Below, piece by piece: positions 36,331 to 49,290 of a stretch of 64,000 nt of DNA. Source of the stretch: Antechinus flavipes (taxonomy: Eukaryota); assembly GCF_016432865.1 (NCBI RefSeq), contig NC_067401.1, positions 448,198,001-448,262,000 on the forward strand, in the 5' to 3' direction. Under the pieces are notes generated by a model, which was not told the DNA's origin, did no database searches, and worked only from the letters and a program-made list of their open reading frames with translations. The translations under genes and the position numbers were made by a program. Within the stretch, counting starts at the first letter, position 1. Each line of letters begins with the position of its first letter.

Positions 36331-38399
36331 CTCAAAATCACACAGATCATCAAAAGTGGTATTTGAATTCAATGGGTGAATGTCTGAAATATCTGTGAAT
36401 TAATCCCTTTGGTTCATAGCTTTAATATGAAACAGGGTGAGATAAAGCTTTAATTTCTTAAAAGGAATTCTCAGGACTAACTAATTAGTTACTGGTCTCT
36501 AAATTGGGTAGAATTCCTAGTAATCCCTGAGGAGAAAGTTGGAGAAAAGAATGTAAATTGAAAGAAGGCAGATACAGATACAGAGAGAAACAGACACAGA
36601 GAAGGACACAGAGGAAAAAGATAAAGTGTAAAAATTCTGGAGTGCAGAAATTTAGAGCAGTAATATAAAGGACAAAAAATGGGGTGGAGCAAACTTTATC
36701 TTTTTCTGACCCATTGGGAATTCATGACCTCAATCTGATTTGATTTTTTTTTTTCTGTTTCTAAAAGGAAAAAAGGAGGTTCTTCCCTTAAGCACCAACC
36801 TTCTTCCCAAATATCAACGGTGACAGAGAGGATACAGGTAGAGAAATATTGACTCTCCCAGAATCTCAAATTTGGAAAAGCTGTCCTTGTATTTAAAGAA
36901 AAATCACTCCCCACCACTCTCCTTAGAAACATTCCTTCTACTTTTGAAACAAAAATAAAACTAAATACCACAAAGCCTTTCTTGTGTCTTCCTATTGAGA
37001 TTGGAACTTCCAGGCCTGTAAATGGAAAAAAGGAGGGATGATTAACTCCAGTTTAGAACAAAGAAAGAAAGGGAAGTGCCACTCTGCAAATTAATGGTAC
37101 ACCAACCCAATTTGCTTGTAAAAGAAGCAGAAGCTGAACTTGGTCGTTTGAATTTTCCCCACCTACACAGATCCAGTCTAATAATCAACAGGTATTTTAT
37201 GAGCACTTACTGTATACCACATGTGTTTCCTCATCTTCAGTGTCTTTTTTAAGCTTTCAAAGGCTCTCAGACTAAATAAAGCATCTCCTCAGCAGAATAC
37301 TGGCAAGGCGATTTGCTGCTATCAATGTGAAAAGTCTTTTGGAATTCTCATCTATACTCTCGCATTTGGGGGGAAAGTGAAGAAAAAGAGGCCATTTCTA
37401 GGCTGAGATCATTTTAAGTACAAAAACTAGGAAGGTCCTGGTATTCACACCTGAACTAGAGAGTGAACTCTTTCCCCAGGAAGCATCTGTTTTATCAAGT
37501 CATCATGTATTATACTGAAACTGACCAAATGAAAATACATATTCTGAAAGAGTTTCAGGACTCAAACATTTCACCTGAATAAATGATGCTGATTAGTTCA
37601 GGAACAAATTTAATATTTAAAAGGCAGGGGAACGATTTTGACTAGAAAACTAATTGATCAGCTTCTTTTCCTAAATTGCACATCCCTAAAACTTTTGCAA
37701 TGGGGATCTCTTACAGCAAAATGAATGATTTTGTTTTGCAAAATAATTTAGATGTTAAAAAATTACATTTTCCACTAAGATCTTAGTTACTTAGATTAGA
37801 CATTAACCAAAAGCTGTCTTCTGCTTAAATAGAATTTAGCCTTTGAAGTGATTTCATTTATTTATTTATTTTTATTAATCTTCTTGTGATGTAGGTGCTT
37901 GGAATTCTAGGAAGGTGCTGCTNNNNNNNNNNNNNNNNNNNNNNNNNNNNNNNNNNNNNNNNNNNNNNNNNNNNNNNNNNNNNNNNNNNNNNNNNNNNNN
38001 NNNNNNNNNNNNNNNNNNNNNNNNNNNNNNNNNNNNNNNNNNNNNNNNNNNNNNNNNNNNNNNNNNNNNNNNNNNNNNNNNNNNNNNNNNNNNNNNNNNN
38101 NNNNNNNNNNNNNNNNNNNNNNNNNNNNNNNNNNNNNNNNNNNNNNNNNNNNNNNNNNNNNNNNNNNNNNNNNNNNNNNNNNACTCTTTCAGCTTGCACA
38201 TTTATCTATCTTCTCCCCCTCTTCACCCTCCTCCTTCTGGCCCCCCATGCACACACCACCCAAAAAGAGAAAAAGTCTCTTAGATCATCAGTAATATATT
38301 TGCAAAAATATTTACACTTTGGAAGTTGGGCAAGCAATGGTTTTACAGAGCTGAAGGTCAGCTTCCACTTTATTTATTTTGTTTAAAGGGGAAACATTT

Positions 38400-39450
38400 T
38401 TTACTTAAATGTGGGCTCCCTGTCTTTACTCCTGCCATTGCTCTTTGTGACCCTCCCCCCGAGACACACACAAAAAGCTAAACCACATGACTTTATTGTT
38501 AATGGTAGTGAGAGGAAAAGTGACAAGGGTTCCATCCTCCAGCTGCTTCTTGCTCTAAGACCAGATCCTTTGTTCACAGATTACTTTGAAGAAGCGTGAT
38601 TATATATGAAGGCTGTGGAAGAGACCAACACACGGGAGTTCACACAGAAACATATATGATTACATGGGTGTTTCAAAAAACAAGCAGCATAAAGGTGTTG
38701 AGATACTGTTTTTATTTGCTTCAGCTTTTTCCATTTACCTTTTTTTTTATACCAAAAGAACTTTGGAAGGAAACTATTAAAGAAAAAAAAAAGTCTTTTA
38801 ACTAAGAAGCCTAAAGCAGCAGAAAGCATTTTGATACTTGGTGAAAAATCCCATTTAAATTGCTGCTGGAATAAATATCCCCAGACCTATGAGGTCTAAA
38901 TAGATTCCATTATGTAACAACTACAACCCATTTTCACCAGCGTATACTTTACATTCAACCTGCAATGAGCTGCATTTTCCTCTCTAGTGGGCATGTCCCC
39001 CATTAGCACTAATAAGAGCTACACTTGAACACAGAGAAAACGACACAGTACACCCAGCACTTTAGTCTTTCCACAGGAAAAACCTCCCCCTATTTAAGGC
39101 TAAAAAGGGCCTTGACTTTTTTTAAAACGGAGTCCAGCCCTTGGATTCTACAATTACTGAACTTAAATGAGGCTCAGTGGCACATCAATTTTGCATGTTG
39201 GGTTGTAACTCCACGACAGGAAGTTCTGTCATTGTATTTCTGGGATTTAGAGCACAGCGTGTTTCAAACAAGCACTGAATGCCCTCTACATGTTGTCCCA
39301 TTCTATAATTCTCTGGACTGTGCAGGGATAATCCTGTAACCCTGAAGCAATTCCTGGGCATGATTCATAAACTGATTTTCAGCTGAATGGTCCCTGGCAT
39401 TTGAGTAAGTGTCAAAGTTAAAACCAGAGGGGAGTGATTGGGCTTTTGTC
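38400..39450. promoter_or_regulatory. Candidate conserved non-coding block
   Basis: ~1 kb with no recognisable repeat; scattered CpGs. Confidence 0.2.
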
Positions 39451-39690
39451 GCAGGGTCCCAAAACCTATAGGAGGGAAAGAAAAGGGAATGGGCATTTAT
39501 ATTGTACCTACTATGTGCCAGGCACTCTGCTAAGCACTTTACAAATATGATCTCATTTGATCATTTAAGACACCTATTGCAGCGACTTCACAACCCTCTC
39601 AGCAACAGCTAATCCTTAAGTAATGAAGAGGAGATGCTGTGGTTTTTCACCACATGCTTTCCCCCCATTGTGGTACCCCAAGTCATCTCA

Positions 39691-39691
<1 letters not shown>

Positions 39692-39727
<36 letters not shown>
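39692..39727 (+). repeat. (CA)n microsatellite
   Basis: Direct reading. Confidence 0.97.
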
Positions 39728-39729
<2 letters not shown>

Positions 39730-39829
39730 CCCTTATAAAAATTCTAAGTTACAATCTTGGTAACTGTCTTGGTACCGTGGGATCCTATGAGAGGCAGACA
39801 ATTACTCATATATATTTTTAAGAAGAGAG

Positions 39830-40050
39830 AATACTGTCCGTGGAATCAGCAATGTTGAAGTTCCAATCCATTTCTGATAATTACTAGCTGTAACCCTGGA
39901 AAAGACAATTAAGATTTATGTATCTTAGGAAACTCCCAGGACTTATCTATTAAATCATGGATCCTGTCATGTACTCTGAATTCAGGGAAGGGGTTATCAC
40001 ATTTGATATTCCCTAACTTATTAAAGTTACCGATGTTTCTTGCATTTGTA
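39830..40050 (+). mobile_element. Marsupial MIR3-type SINE
   Basis: CTAGCTGTAACCCTGGA...AGGAAACTCCCAGGAC...GAATTCAGGGAAGGG. Confidence 0.55.
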
Positions 40051-41369
40051 TATTTTTTTTTCTGAGGAATAATCCCCATATTAGACTAATTCTCACATTC
40101 AAAAATGGACCAGACTTCTCAGAGTAAAACTAGATATTTTTATGTAGCTAAAAAGGATGTAGGAGGAAAGATATAGGTAACCAGAATCTCACCATGAACT
40201 GTTACCATATCTTACTAAGAAACTAACTTTGGAGATATAGATTATTTCCAAAGATCTTGTTTTAAAAGTACAATTTTAAAAAGCCATGTCTAAAACTGGA
40301 CCCAATTTTCCATCCTTAACCCTGACCGTAGGAAGTACTCCATTTCCACTTTCCATCCCATTAAACGATACTAACCAGTTTTTAAAAATTCCTTTGATAT
40401 TATTCTGCTCCAATAATTCCCCAAGCCCCTTTCCCCCAAAACCCCTCTTCAATTTATAAATATTAATTCTGGTCCAGTAAGGAATGACCATGAGAAATCT
40501 TTTAACTTTATTGACCCACAAGTGCAACTGTAGAAAAGGTAGGCTCTCACTCATGTTTCTACCCCCATCCCATGCCATCTACTACAAAAATGGAAAAAGA
40601 AGCTTCACACTTACCCCCCATACACACCTCTTAGACATGTAGAAAAACCCTTTCTTATGCCAAATGCTATTTTTGAGCCTTACTTCAATATGGTTTTGAA
40701 GATAAATTATAAATTATCTGTGTCTCAGACTCTTCTGTCACACTGCTGTCAAAAAGCATATGCTTCTTGGGACAATCATGGTTATTTCTACAAGATTTAT
40801 GAAATGTTCTTTTCTCTAAGATTGATATCCATGTCCTCATACCGTCTATCAAGGGCATATGATAATGATGGCGATCAATGTTATTTTAACAGTGCACAAA
40901 GGCCATGGTGTCAAGGCCATCTCTTCATTAGACAACAGGACTATTGATTATTAACTAGAGAATAGCTTGAATAGAAATCTCTGCCCTACCTCCCACACCA
41001 AGAAATTGCCAGTGGGCAAGCAGATTCCATAACTCGTCAATTACTGTGAAATAACCTATTTGAGGGTAGCCGGTTCATTAAATGAGGCATCCTACAATAA
41101 GCTATTTCTCCTACTTCAAATCCCTCTTTCCTAACTCTGAAACTTCTCCAGTCCTGGGAGACCATTTGGACCTTGAACCCGTAAGTCAGAAGTTTGATGG
41201 AATTTGTGGGGAGAAAGTTAAAGGAAGTTTAGGGGTAATCTTGAGCAAAAGGAAACATTAAAGTTTGGTCCAATGGAAAGAATATTGAATTGGGGATTAA
41301 ATAACCTAGATTAGAAGTCATGTGCTACCTCTAGCTATCTGCATGATCTTGGGAAAGTCCGTCTGGGTT

Positions 41370-41980
41370 AATCAATGTGTCAGTAAATATTTAGTTAAAT
41401 GCCTACTATGTGTGAGGTATTGTGCTAAACTCCAAGAATACAAAAAGAGGCAAAAAGGCTTGCCATGCAGAGGACCTCATAATGTAATGGGGGAGAGAGC
41501 AGGCAAACATTTGTGCTATATATATAGAATAAGTAGGAAATAAGGAAAAGGAAGGCACTAGATTTAAGTGTGGTTGGGAAAGGTTTCTTGTAAAAGGTGT
41601 GATTTTAGTTGGAACTTAAAGAAAGGTAAGAATGCAAGGAGGTAGGGACGAGGACAAAGTATTCCAGACATGTTGGACAGCTGGAGAAATTGCTCTGAGC
41701 TAAGAGATAGTTAATTGTTCTTGGAACAGCAAGACCAGTGTTTCCGGATCAACATAAGAAAACTGGAAAGGTGGAGAGGATCAGCTTATGAAAGGCTTTG
41801 AAGGCCAGACAGAGAATTGTGTATTAGATCATGGAGGAAGCCTCTACAATTTTTTTTGAGCAGGAGACAACATAATAGAATCTATGTTTTAGAAAAAATG
41901 AGTTTGGTGATTGAATGAAGAAAGGTTTGAGATGGGGATAGATGAGGCAGGCAGATCCACCAGCAGGGTATTGAAATAAG
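41370..41980 (-). mobile_element. L2 3' region
   Basis: ATTTAGTTAAATGCCTACTATGTG...GGCTTTGAAGGCCAGACAGAG. Confidence 0.75.
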
Positions 41981-42379
41981 CCTGAATTTCAGTTTCCTCC
42001 TCTGTAAAATGAATGGGTCAGAGGAAATAACCTTGGGTATCCATTTCAACTCTGAGTCTATAATGACCTTTCTGCTAAAAGCTAAACTTATTATTCTTCA
42101 ACTCACTGCAATCTGTGGGAAAGACAAAAACATTGGGAAATATTGGGCAAAATAAGAAGAAAAAATCAGGACTGAGATGGAAATAAATGATACATTTGAT
42201 GATAAGAGTAGCAAAGTTTTGCTACTCATTGGCTTTGAAATCTAATAACCTTACTTTGCATCCTGGCTCTGCCATTTAACTGTCTATGTGAGCTTAGGCA
42301 TATCATTCCCTTCTTGAATGCTAGTGGTGAAATGGAGTTGAATAAGGTCTCTTCTACCTCTCAATCTCCTGAATTCCTC

Positions 42380-42960
42380 TCTTCCTCTCTTCCCTTCTTG
42401 CAGCACATTTCCTGTCCTTTCTCAGCAGACACAAACTAGAGGAAATCGCATGCTGTGTATTCGCAAAATACTGTGTACCTGGCAAAAAGTCATATCAGTG
42501 TTAGTAGGGTCCAAAAGTTTTCTACATGCAAATTTATCTGCCGCACATTCTAGTTGCCCTGAGCTATGAGTGATGAAATGCATTCACTCCCTGCGCAGGT
42601 GTTAACGGGGTCTCTCTATCCTGAAGCCATATATTTGGAATGTAAGGCAATTTCCCTATCACATCTGCTTTAATTGGACCATGCTTCCTAATAAGCATAA
42701 TTTCCCCCTTGACCAGCCCTCTATGCATATAAGCTGAGAAAGAAAAAAAAAAGGAGCATTAAAAGAAGGGCACTAAAAAAGCAGAATATTCAGAACAGCG
42801 ATTTGAACGCCTAGTAATAGAGTCCAGCAGTTCTCCCTTCTCTAAGTAAAGCAAATGGCAGGAGGCATGTGGTAAACTGATTAGCGTGGACCGATGTGGA
42901 CATTTATTGCCCAAAGGAAGGAAGTCCACTAATCTTCCTGTCTAATGCTTAAACCTCTAT
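42380..42960. promoter_or_regulatory. Candidate conserved non-coding block
   Basis: Unique, CpG-retaining; exact octamer ATGCAAAT at 42526-42533. Confidence 0.3.
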
Positions 42961-43689
42961 TTTCACTTCTTTCCCAACTAACCTCTCTCTAGATTCAATT
43001 CATCACCTGTCTTAGGCCCCCAACTGCTACTGAAATCAAGAAAGTCAAGGGAGCAGCAAATTGGGCCCTCTGTGAGTTTACTCACACCATTCTCCATAAC
43101 CTTACTGGGATCACTTTGCTGGCACATTGAAAACCTTCATGGCTATAGATAGGAGAACTGTTGTTTCTTTTCTTCTCAAAGATGACAATTTTTCTTTTTT
43201 ATCCTATTGACAATCTCATGGAGTGTTTGTGGTTTTGATCCAATGATTTCAAAGAGAATAAATCACTAAATATTATTATGTTCATTATGACTTTGGTCAA
43301 GTTGTCTGTGTTTAACATATGCATCTATTTAACATGTCAGAAAAATATTCATAAATGTCCAAAGGATATAGAGTACATTTCTCAGAAGGATAAAGAACCA
43401 CAAAAATAGGATAATTTAGAGCTAAGTCGGAGATGAGAGGGGTCAGAGCCAGAATAGGGTAAGAGTGAAAACCAGATGAAATCTACATAATTCTCTGAAT
43501 ACAGTAGACATTTAATTAATGTTTCCAGAATTGAGTTAAACAGAGTGAATAGGAGACAATGGGAATAAGACATTCTTGGGGATAACCAGATCCCATCTAC
43601 CTCGTTAATCATATCTAGGGCACTTGCTGATTGATTAATTGATTGGTTGATTATCTTTGATCAATCACTGTCCCCCCAGTGGTCTAGGT

Positions 43690-44040
43690 TACTCTGTTTT
43701 TGGTTGACGGTTTTATTTATTGATGTATTTTGTTCTGAAATCACATTAATTTCCTAATATACTTCCCATACAATCTAGTAACCATTTTATCTCTTGTAAC
43801 AAAGAATTTAAAAGAAAAAAAGCAGTTCAGTAAAACTTATACATTGATCACAGCCAACTGTATATGCTATGTCACACCCATGGTCCTATCCAACAAAAAA
43901 TAGTAGGTACACTTTCTCAATGCTTCTCAAAGGTTATTCTTGGTTATTATAATTACACAGATTCTTCTTTCTTTTTTGTTTTCCAGTTTTCTATTTACAT
44001 TGTTGTTTTCATTGACTCAACAGCACCCAAGCTTGCAGCA
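43690..44040 (-). mobile_element. Old L1 3' UTR remnant
   Basis: TTTATTTATTGATGTATTTTG tail and reverse L1 3' UTR-like sequence. Confidence 0.55.
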
Positions 44041-44201
44041 GCAATATCCAACCAGTCATCACAGAGGAGAGTCAGCAGAAGCAGATGAGCCCTGGCTGAG
44101 AAAAAGCATCCTCTACCCAAAGAACATGGAAAGCAAGAGGAACTCAGCTGGAGAAAATGATTCCACACCCTGCCTCACCCCTCTGTTCCCTGACCCAGCC
44201 C

Positions 44202-44203
<2 letters not shown>

Positions 44204-44283
<80 letters not shown>
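44204..44283 (+). repeat. Interrupted (CA)n microsatellite
   Basis: Direct reading. Confidence 0.97.
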
Positions 44284-44288
<5 letters not shown>

Positions 44289-44379
44289 CCCCTTACATAC
44301 ACATACACCCTGTAGGTTAAGAGGACTTGAAGCTCAACTCTTAACCACAAAGAATAATTGATAGAGAACATAAGTTTAA

Positions 44380-46330
44380 TCGTTGATCTGTCACCCACCA
44401 CAGGTATAATTTCCTACCATTTTTTCCCCTTTCCTATCTATATATTTAATAAATTAGTGGTCACATATGATAAAATTATCTTCCAACTATCACCTTCTAT
44501 TCTCTCATTTCTCATCCTCTTCCATTATCATTCACTTTTGTGCTATTATGAGACTCCTTACCACTTTTTCTGTGTCCTCTGGAATTCTTGTTCTATAATG
44601 AACCAAGTTCTCTACCATCTGTACTTCTCTCTTTCACAATCCTCTCATCTTCACTGAGACTTGGCTTCCCTCTCACTACCCTATACATCTCTGGCTCTTC
44701 TGTCTGCTACTGATTATGCCTTCACTCATATCCCCTAAAATACTGGTGCTAGAGGGTGAATCAGAATATTGTTTCCCATATCCATTTCTAAACAATCCCT
44801 TCCCCATGATCACTTGGCCATCTTTTCTCCTTGGAAGTTCACAATTTTTCTAATCAATGCAGATTATGGGGGCCATTGTGTTGTTGTGGTCTCTATGTCA
44901 TTCTCCCATCTTTCTTTTTTCCCCTCCATCTTTTCTTAATGTATTCAATATTGGATTACCATTTTGCTCTCTTCCCCAACTCTAGCCCTTATATTGGGGG
45001 AAGTAAATGCATCACCTAGATCTCCATCAAGCGCCCTAATTTTTCAGTTTCTCAGCTATTTCAAATCTCAAGAGCCACTTCTTTATTCTATCTTAATCAC
45101 ACATAGATGCATTCATGCCCTAGATGCCGCTATTACTTATAAATGATATACTTCTCTAATATAAAATCCCAATATTTCAATAACTGTGGTCTTCTGTCAT
45201 TTCATATCTCTTTAGATATCATTCCTCCTAAAGCTATCATTTACTCTCTCCAAGACTTTCCACTCCTACCACTAGCCTCAGTATTTTCTTAGTCTGTTAC
45301 CTATCCTCTGATTTCACTTTCTTACCTTTCTGATTCTTGATTCCATATTAAACAATTCAGCTCTCTCTATATATTGTCCTCTTCCCTTGAATCTTTTACC
45401 CTCTTTTACTATTTCTGTTCATCCTTTGGAAAAAAAAATATATGGCATTATTCCCATTATTTGCATCCTCCAGTATTATATACATGTTCCTATACAGAGC
45501 TGGAAGAAGTCATAAAACCATGAGGAGTGGGTACATGATAAATTTCTGTCATTCAGTATCAACTGGGCATTCCTTCCAACCAGCCAATCAAATAACTTAC
45601 CTAGATAGCACAGTATATCCACTGATCTGGAGTCAGGAAGATCTGAATTTAAATTTGGCCCTGGGAACTGTCTAGTTCTGTGACTGTAGGCAAGCTTTTA
45701 TTTCTGCGTCAGTTTCCTCAAATGTAAAATGTGGATAACAATAGAATCTACCTCTCCCAGTTGTTGTGAGGATCAAAAGATATAATATTTGTAAAGTACT
45801 CTTCAGAGTGCTTAAAATATAGTTAAGTGCTTAATAAGTGCTTATTTCCTTTATTCTTTCATTATATTCTTCCCTGATTGATCCCCTATCTCATTCCCAC
45901 ATTTTCTAGACCTTTGCTTTTCTCCTCAAGGCTCCCCTACTTCTCTTTTCCTTCATTTTCTCTTAGCTAAGAACTGGCCTCTTACTTTATTGATAAGATT
46001 AAAGCCATTTGATGTGAAATCCCTCTTTTCCCCCTTTCTTGATTTCAAAATCCCTTGACAACAACAAATACACTTGATTCCTATATCCTATAATCTTATA
46101 ATGAGCCAAAGACCAACCCTGATACATGTTCTCGTGATACCATCCTCTCTCTCTAGAATGTGTACTCAATCATATTACTTTCACTCCCGCTCCACACAAA
46201 CGCTCTCAACTTCAACATCTTCCTAACTACCTGTTCCTTTCTTACTATGTCGAAGCAAACTTTAAAAAAAAAAAACTTTGTTTAAAAACTTTGTTAAAAA
46301 TTTTTCATTAGACAAAATTCTCCCCTCAAG
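44380..46330 (+). mobile_element. Degraded L2 ORF2 region with a nested MIR (~45590-45850)
   Basis: Pyrimidine-rich sense L2; TTCACTGAGACTTGGCTTCCC reads TETWLP (APE endonuclease motif). Confidence 0.65.
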
Positions 46331-46599
46331 CTATTGGATCCATGAAGGAAAATTAGTGATGAACATGAGACTATGCAAGAAGTGCTTTTTGGATCCTTCC
46401 CCTGAGATGTTTTGATTCCTTGTCCTATCTATTCTTTTCTCCATAAATATATACAAGGACTTTTGGTTTTCACAGCCCTGAGTCTTGAATAATTTGGAAT
46501 ATTAATGCCACAAATATTGGCATATGTGACTGAATAATTCTAACTAAACATTACTAAGAATAAAATATTCCTAAACACTAATAAAATATTGATGATTTC

Positions 46600-47110
46600 C
46601 AATTTTTATTTTTAAAATTACTTTTATATGGTTACATCATTATTGTTGCCCACATTTCCCCCATATCCTTCCCCCTACTCCCTCTTAAAGAATCACCCCA
46701 TATAACAAAGAATTTTTAAAAAGAAAAAGTGGGAGATGATTTAAAAAACCCAGCAAAACCTCTCAATAACTAAAAATATATGAAAACACATTTAATGTTC
46801 ACCTGAACTTCTCACCTCTCCAAAGGAGCAGAGAAAAGGATCTCAGGTATCTTCTTTGGGGCCATGCTTATTCTTTGTAATTTTGCAACATTTACTTTTA
46901 ATTGTGTGATAATTATTGTTCTCTCTATTTACATTTCTTAGAGCCAACATGTCCATTGTTTTCTTTATTTTACTTTATTGGATTTTGCATCAGTTCACAT
47001 AAGTCTTTTCATGTTACTCTGTATTCTTTGTAGATTATATTCTAATGTATTCAAACAGCAATATAGTCCATTCCATTAATACAAATCAGTTGCACCAATC
47101 TGTTTAGCCA
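46600..47110 (-). mobile_element. L1 3' UTR remnant
   Basis: Reverse-orientation marsupial L1 3' UTR-like sequence. Confidence 0.6.
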
Positions 47111-47879
47111 ATTCTCAGTTGATTCAGCCCAACTTTGGAATCTTCTAAATCTAAATCTGTGGCCCCATGTTTCTACATATCCACATCACTGCATCTTTTA
47201 AAGAAGCATCTTTATTCTGAACCTCTCATCAGCAGCACTGAGAAGGTGAAAATTCAGTGAATTATTAAGCCCCCTTAGAGAAAATGTGTGACTAGTGGCA
47301 ATGACAAAAGTTTTAGGGGGCCTTTGAGAATATGAAATTAATTCATTAGGCCAACAATGGGAAAATTTCCAGGAGTGAATCCAGATTATGGATAAGAGAA
47401 AAGAGACAGGGACAAGATCTCTAACACACACACAACATTCACTTCTAAATAGGAGTAGGTGGATATGTTGTCAAAGATCACTTCTACTTTGGCATCTATG
47501 ATCTTATGATTCATACAATGGTGGTGGTAAGAAATACATATTACAATCTTCAGCATTTGAACAAACAAAACAGCAACTATTATAACCTTAGGTTGTTCTG
47601 TTAAGAAAGAGCAATATATTAGCTGTTAGAAAGAAATTAGGAATACAAATATTTTGGGAGAAGCTCTGGACAACTACAACTAATATGTTATTGGTTGGCA
47701 TAAGGGTCTTCAAGTGATGAATATTATTATAAGATATTTCCTTACCACCATCATTTTATAGATCATAAGATCATAGTAAGTGGGAAGGAAGAGAGTTCTT
47801 CCTGATTTCAGATCCAATTCTCAATCTACCATACCTTAGGTTTTCTGACTGTAGATATAACTACAACTTGATTTGACAG

Positions 47880-48130
47880 AGAGCTGGGCAGTTTAGTGTA
47901 TAGAGCTCCATGCTTGGAGTAAAAAAGACTTATCTTTGTAAATTCAAATCTGACTTCAGACACTCATTTGTGATCCAGGACAAGTCACTTTACCCTGTTT
48001 GCCTCAATTACCTCATCTAAAAAATAAGCTAGAGAAGGAAATGACAAACCACTGTAGGACCTTTGCCAAGAAAGCCTCAGATAGTGTCATGAATAGTCAG
48101 ACATGACTGAAAAATGACTAAACAACAGTT
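47880..48130 (+). mobile_element. MAR1-type SINE
   Basis: GAGAAGGAAATGACAAACCACTG...CTTTGCCAAGAAAG...GTCAGACATGACTGAA. Confidence 0.88.
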
Positions 48131-48807
48131 AAAACTTGGCTTTCTAAGAAGACAAACTTGGATCTGTCACCATCATCACCCCCAATTATCTGACCCTTAG
48201 CTTATCATTCCCATATTGTCTTTTTTTTCCATTGGGTCTGGAAAGATTTTCAATCTTTAAAAATTTCCTGTTATAATACAAATATGTAGTGGAGAAAAGG
48301 GGATATGTGCTAAGCCATATCACTTAATATCTAACTCATATCATAGGGTAATAAATAATAAATTCAGAGATTGAAAGGGACCTTAAAAATCATTCATTTT
48401 ATACATGAAATAAATGAGTCTGAGAATGGTTACATGATATGCCTAAGATCTTATCTGTAAATAGGAAAGCCAGGATTCAAAGCCAGGTCCTCTAATTCCA
48501 AATCTGGTCTTCTCCCCTCTTCCACTGCACTGACAGCATTTCCTTTAACTAGCAGTTGGCTACGAACATTGCCTCGAAGCAATTACATATAATATAGACA
48601 TCTGAAATAGATAGAACAGAAAAGAGGCGAAAGAATGAAGTATTCTCATAATGTGGGGGGTTTGCACCACTGCATAGAAAGCCATATGGAAGAATAGTCA
48701 CATTCATGTTATTTTAAGATATACTAAGAGTTTATTTTTCTTCATAAAACTTATGAGTTCAATAATATGAATGTTATTTACACTCTACTGATAAGGTAGA
48801 GAGAGGA

Positions 48808-49025
48808 GTATGCTAGTAAATATTTAACAACCAGATTTCTAAGGGAAAAGAGAATCACCATTTTAAAGTTTAATGTCTCTTAAAAAAATTCTTCCATCAC
48901 ATTTTTTAGTCTAAAAATCAACAAAATGATAAATTAAGCTCCAATTTGTAGGATTTGCCAACTTCTGAAATGTAAATGCTCACACTGAAAATTTAATAAT
49001 TGACTTTCAGGAACCAGACAACAGA
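48808..49025. mobile_element. MER63-like hAT element
   Basis: GTATGCTAGTAAATATTTAACAACC...TGTAAATGCTCACACTGAAAATTTAATAATTGAC; alignable to 27843-28520. Confidence 0.75.
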
Positions 49026-49084
49026 CATCTGGGTAAAATGAGCTGGAACTCATGGAACTAATAAGTGTCAGAGTTAGGAAAGAT

Positions 49085-49290
49085 TTACCTGGTATTATGC
49101 CAATCACTTTACAAATATCATCTCATTCTATCTCCATAACAACCCTGTGAGGTAGATATGAATATCATCATCCCTATGTTACAGTTGAGTAAACTGAGGA
49201 ATACAAGAATGACTTGCCCAGAGTCATACAGCTACTAAGTGTCAAGCTATATTTGAACTTGACTCTAGGTCAATCCACTCTGCTGTCTCT
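49085..49290 (-). mobile_element. MIR SINE
   Basis: ACTTTACAAATATCATCTCATT...GACTTGCCCAGAGTCATACAGCT. Confidence 0.8.

Noticed and set aside
37177-37197. Plus-strand 21-nt microexon-like segment (IQSNNQQ)
   Set aside because: The donor side coincides with an L2 3'-tail remnant (CAACAGGTATTTTATGAGCACTTACT).
40608-40630. 15-nt minus-strand AG...GTAAGT segment
   Set aside because: Weak, purine-interrupted acceptor; expected by chance.
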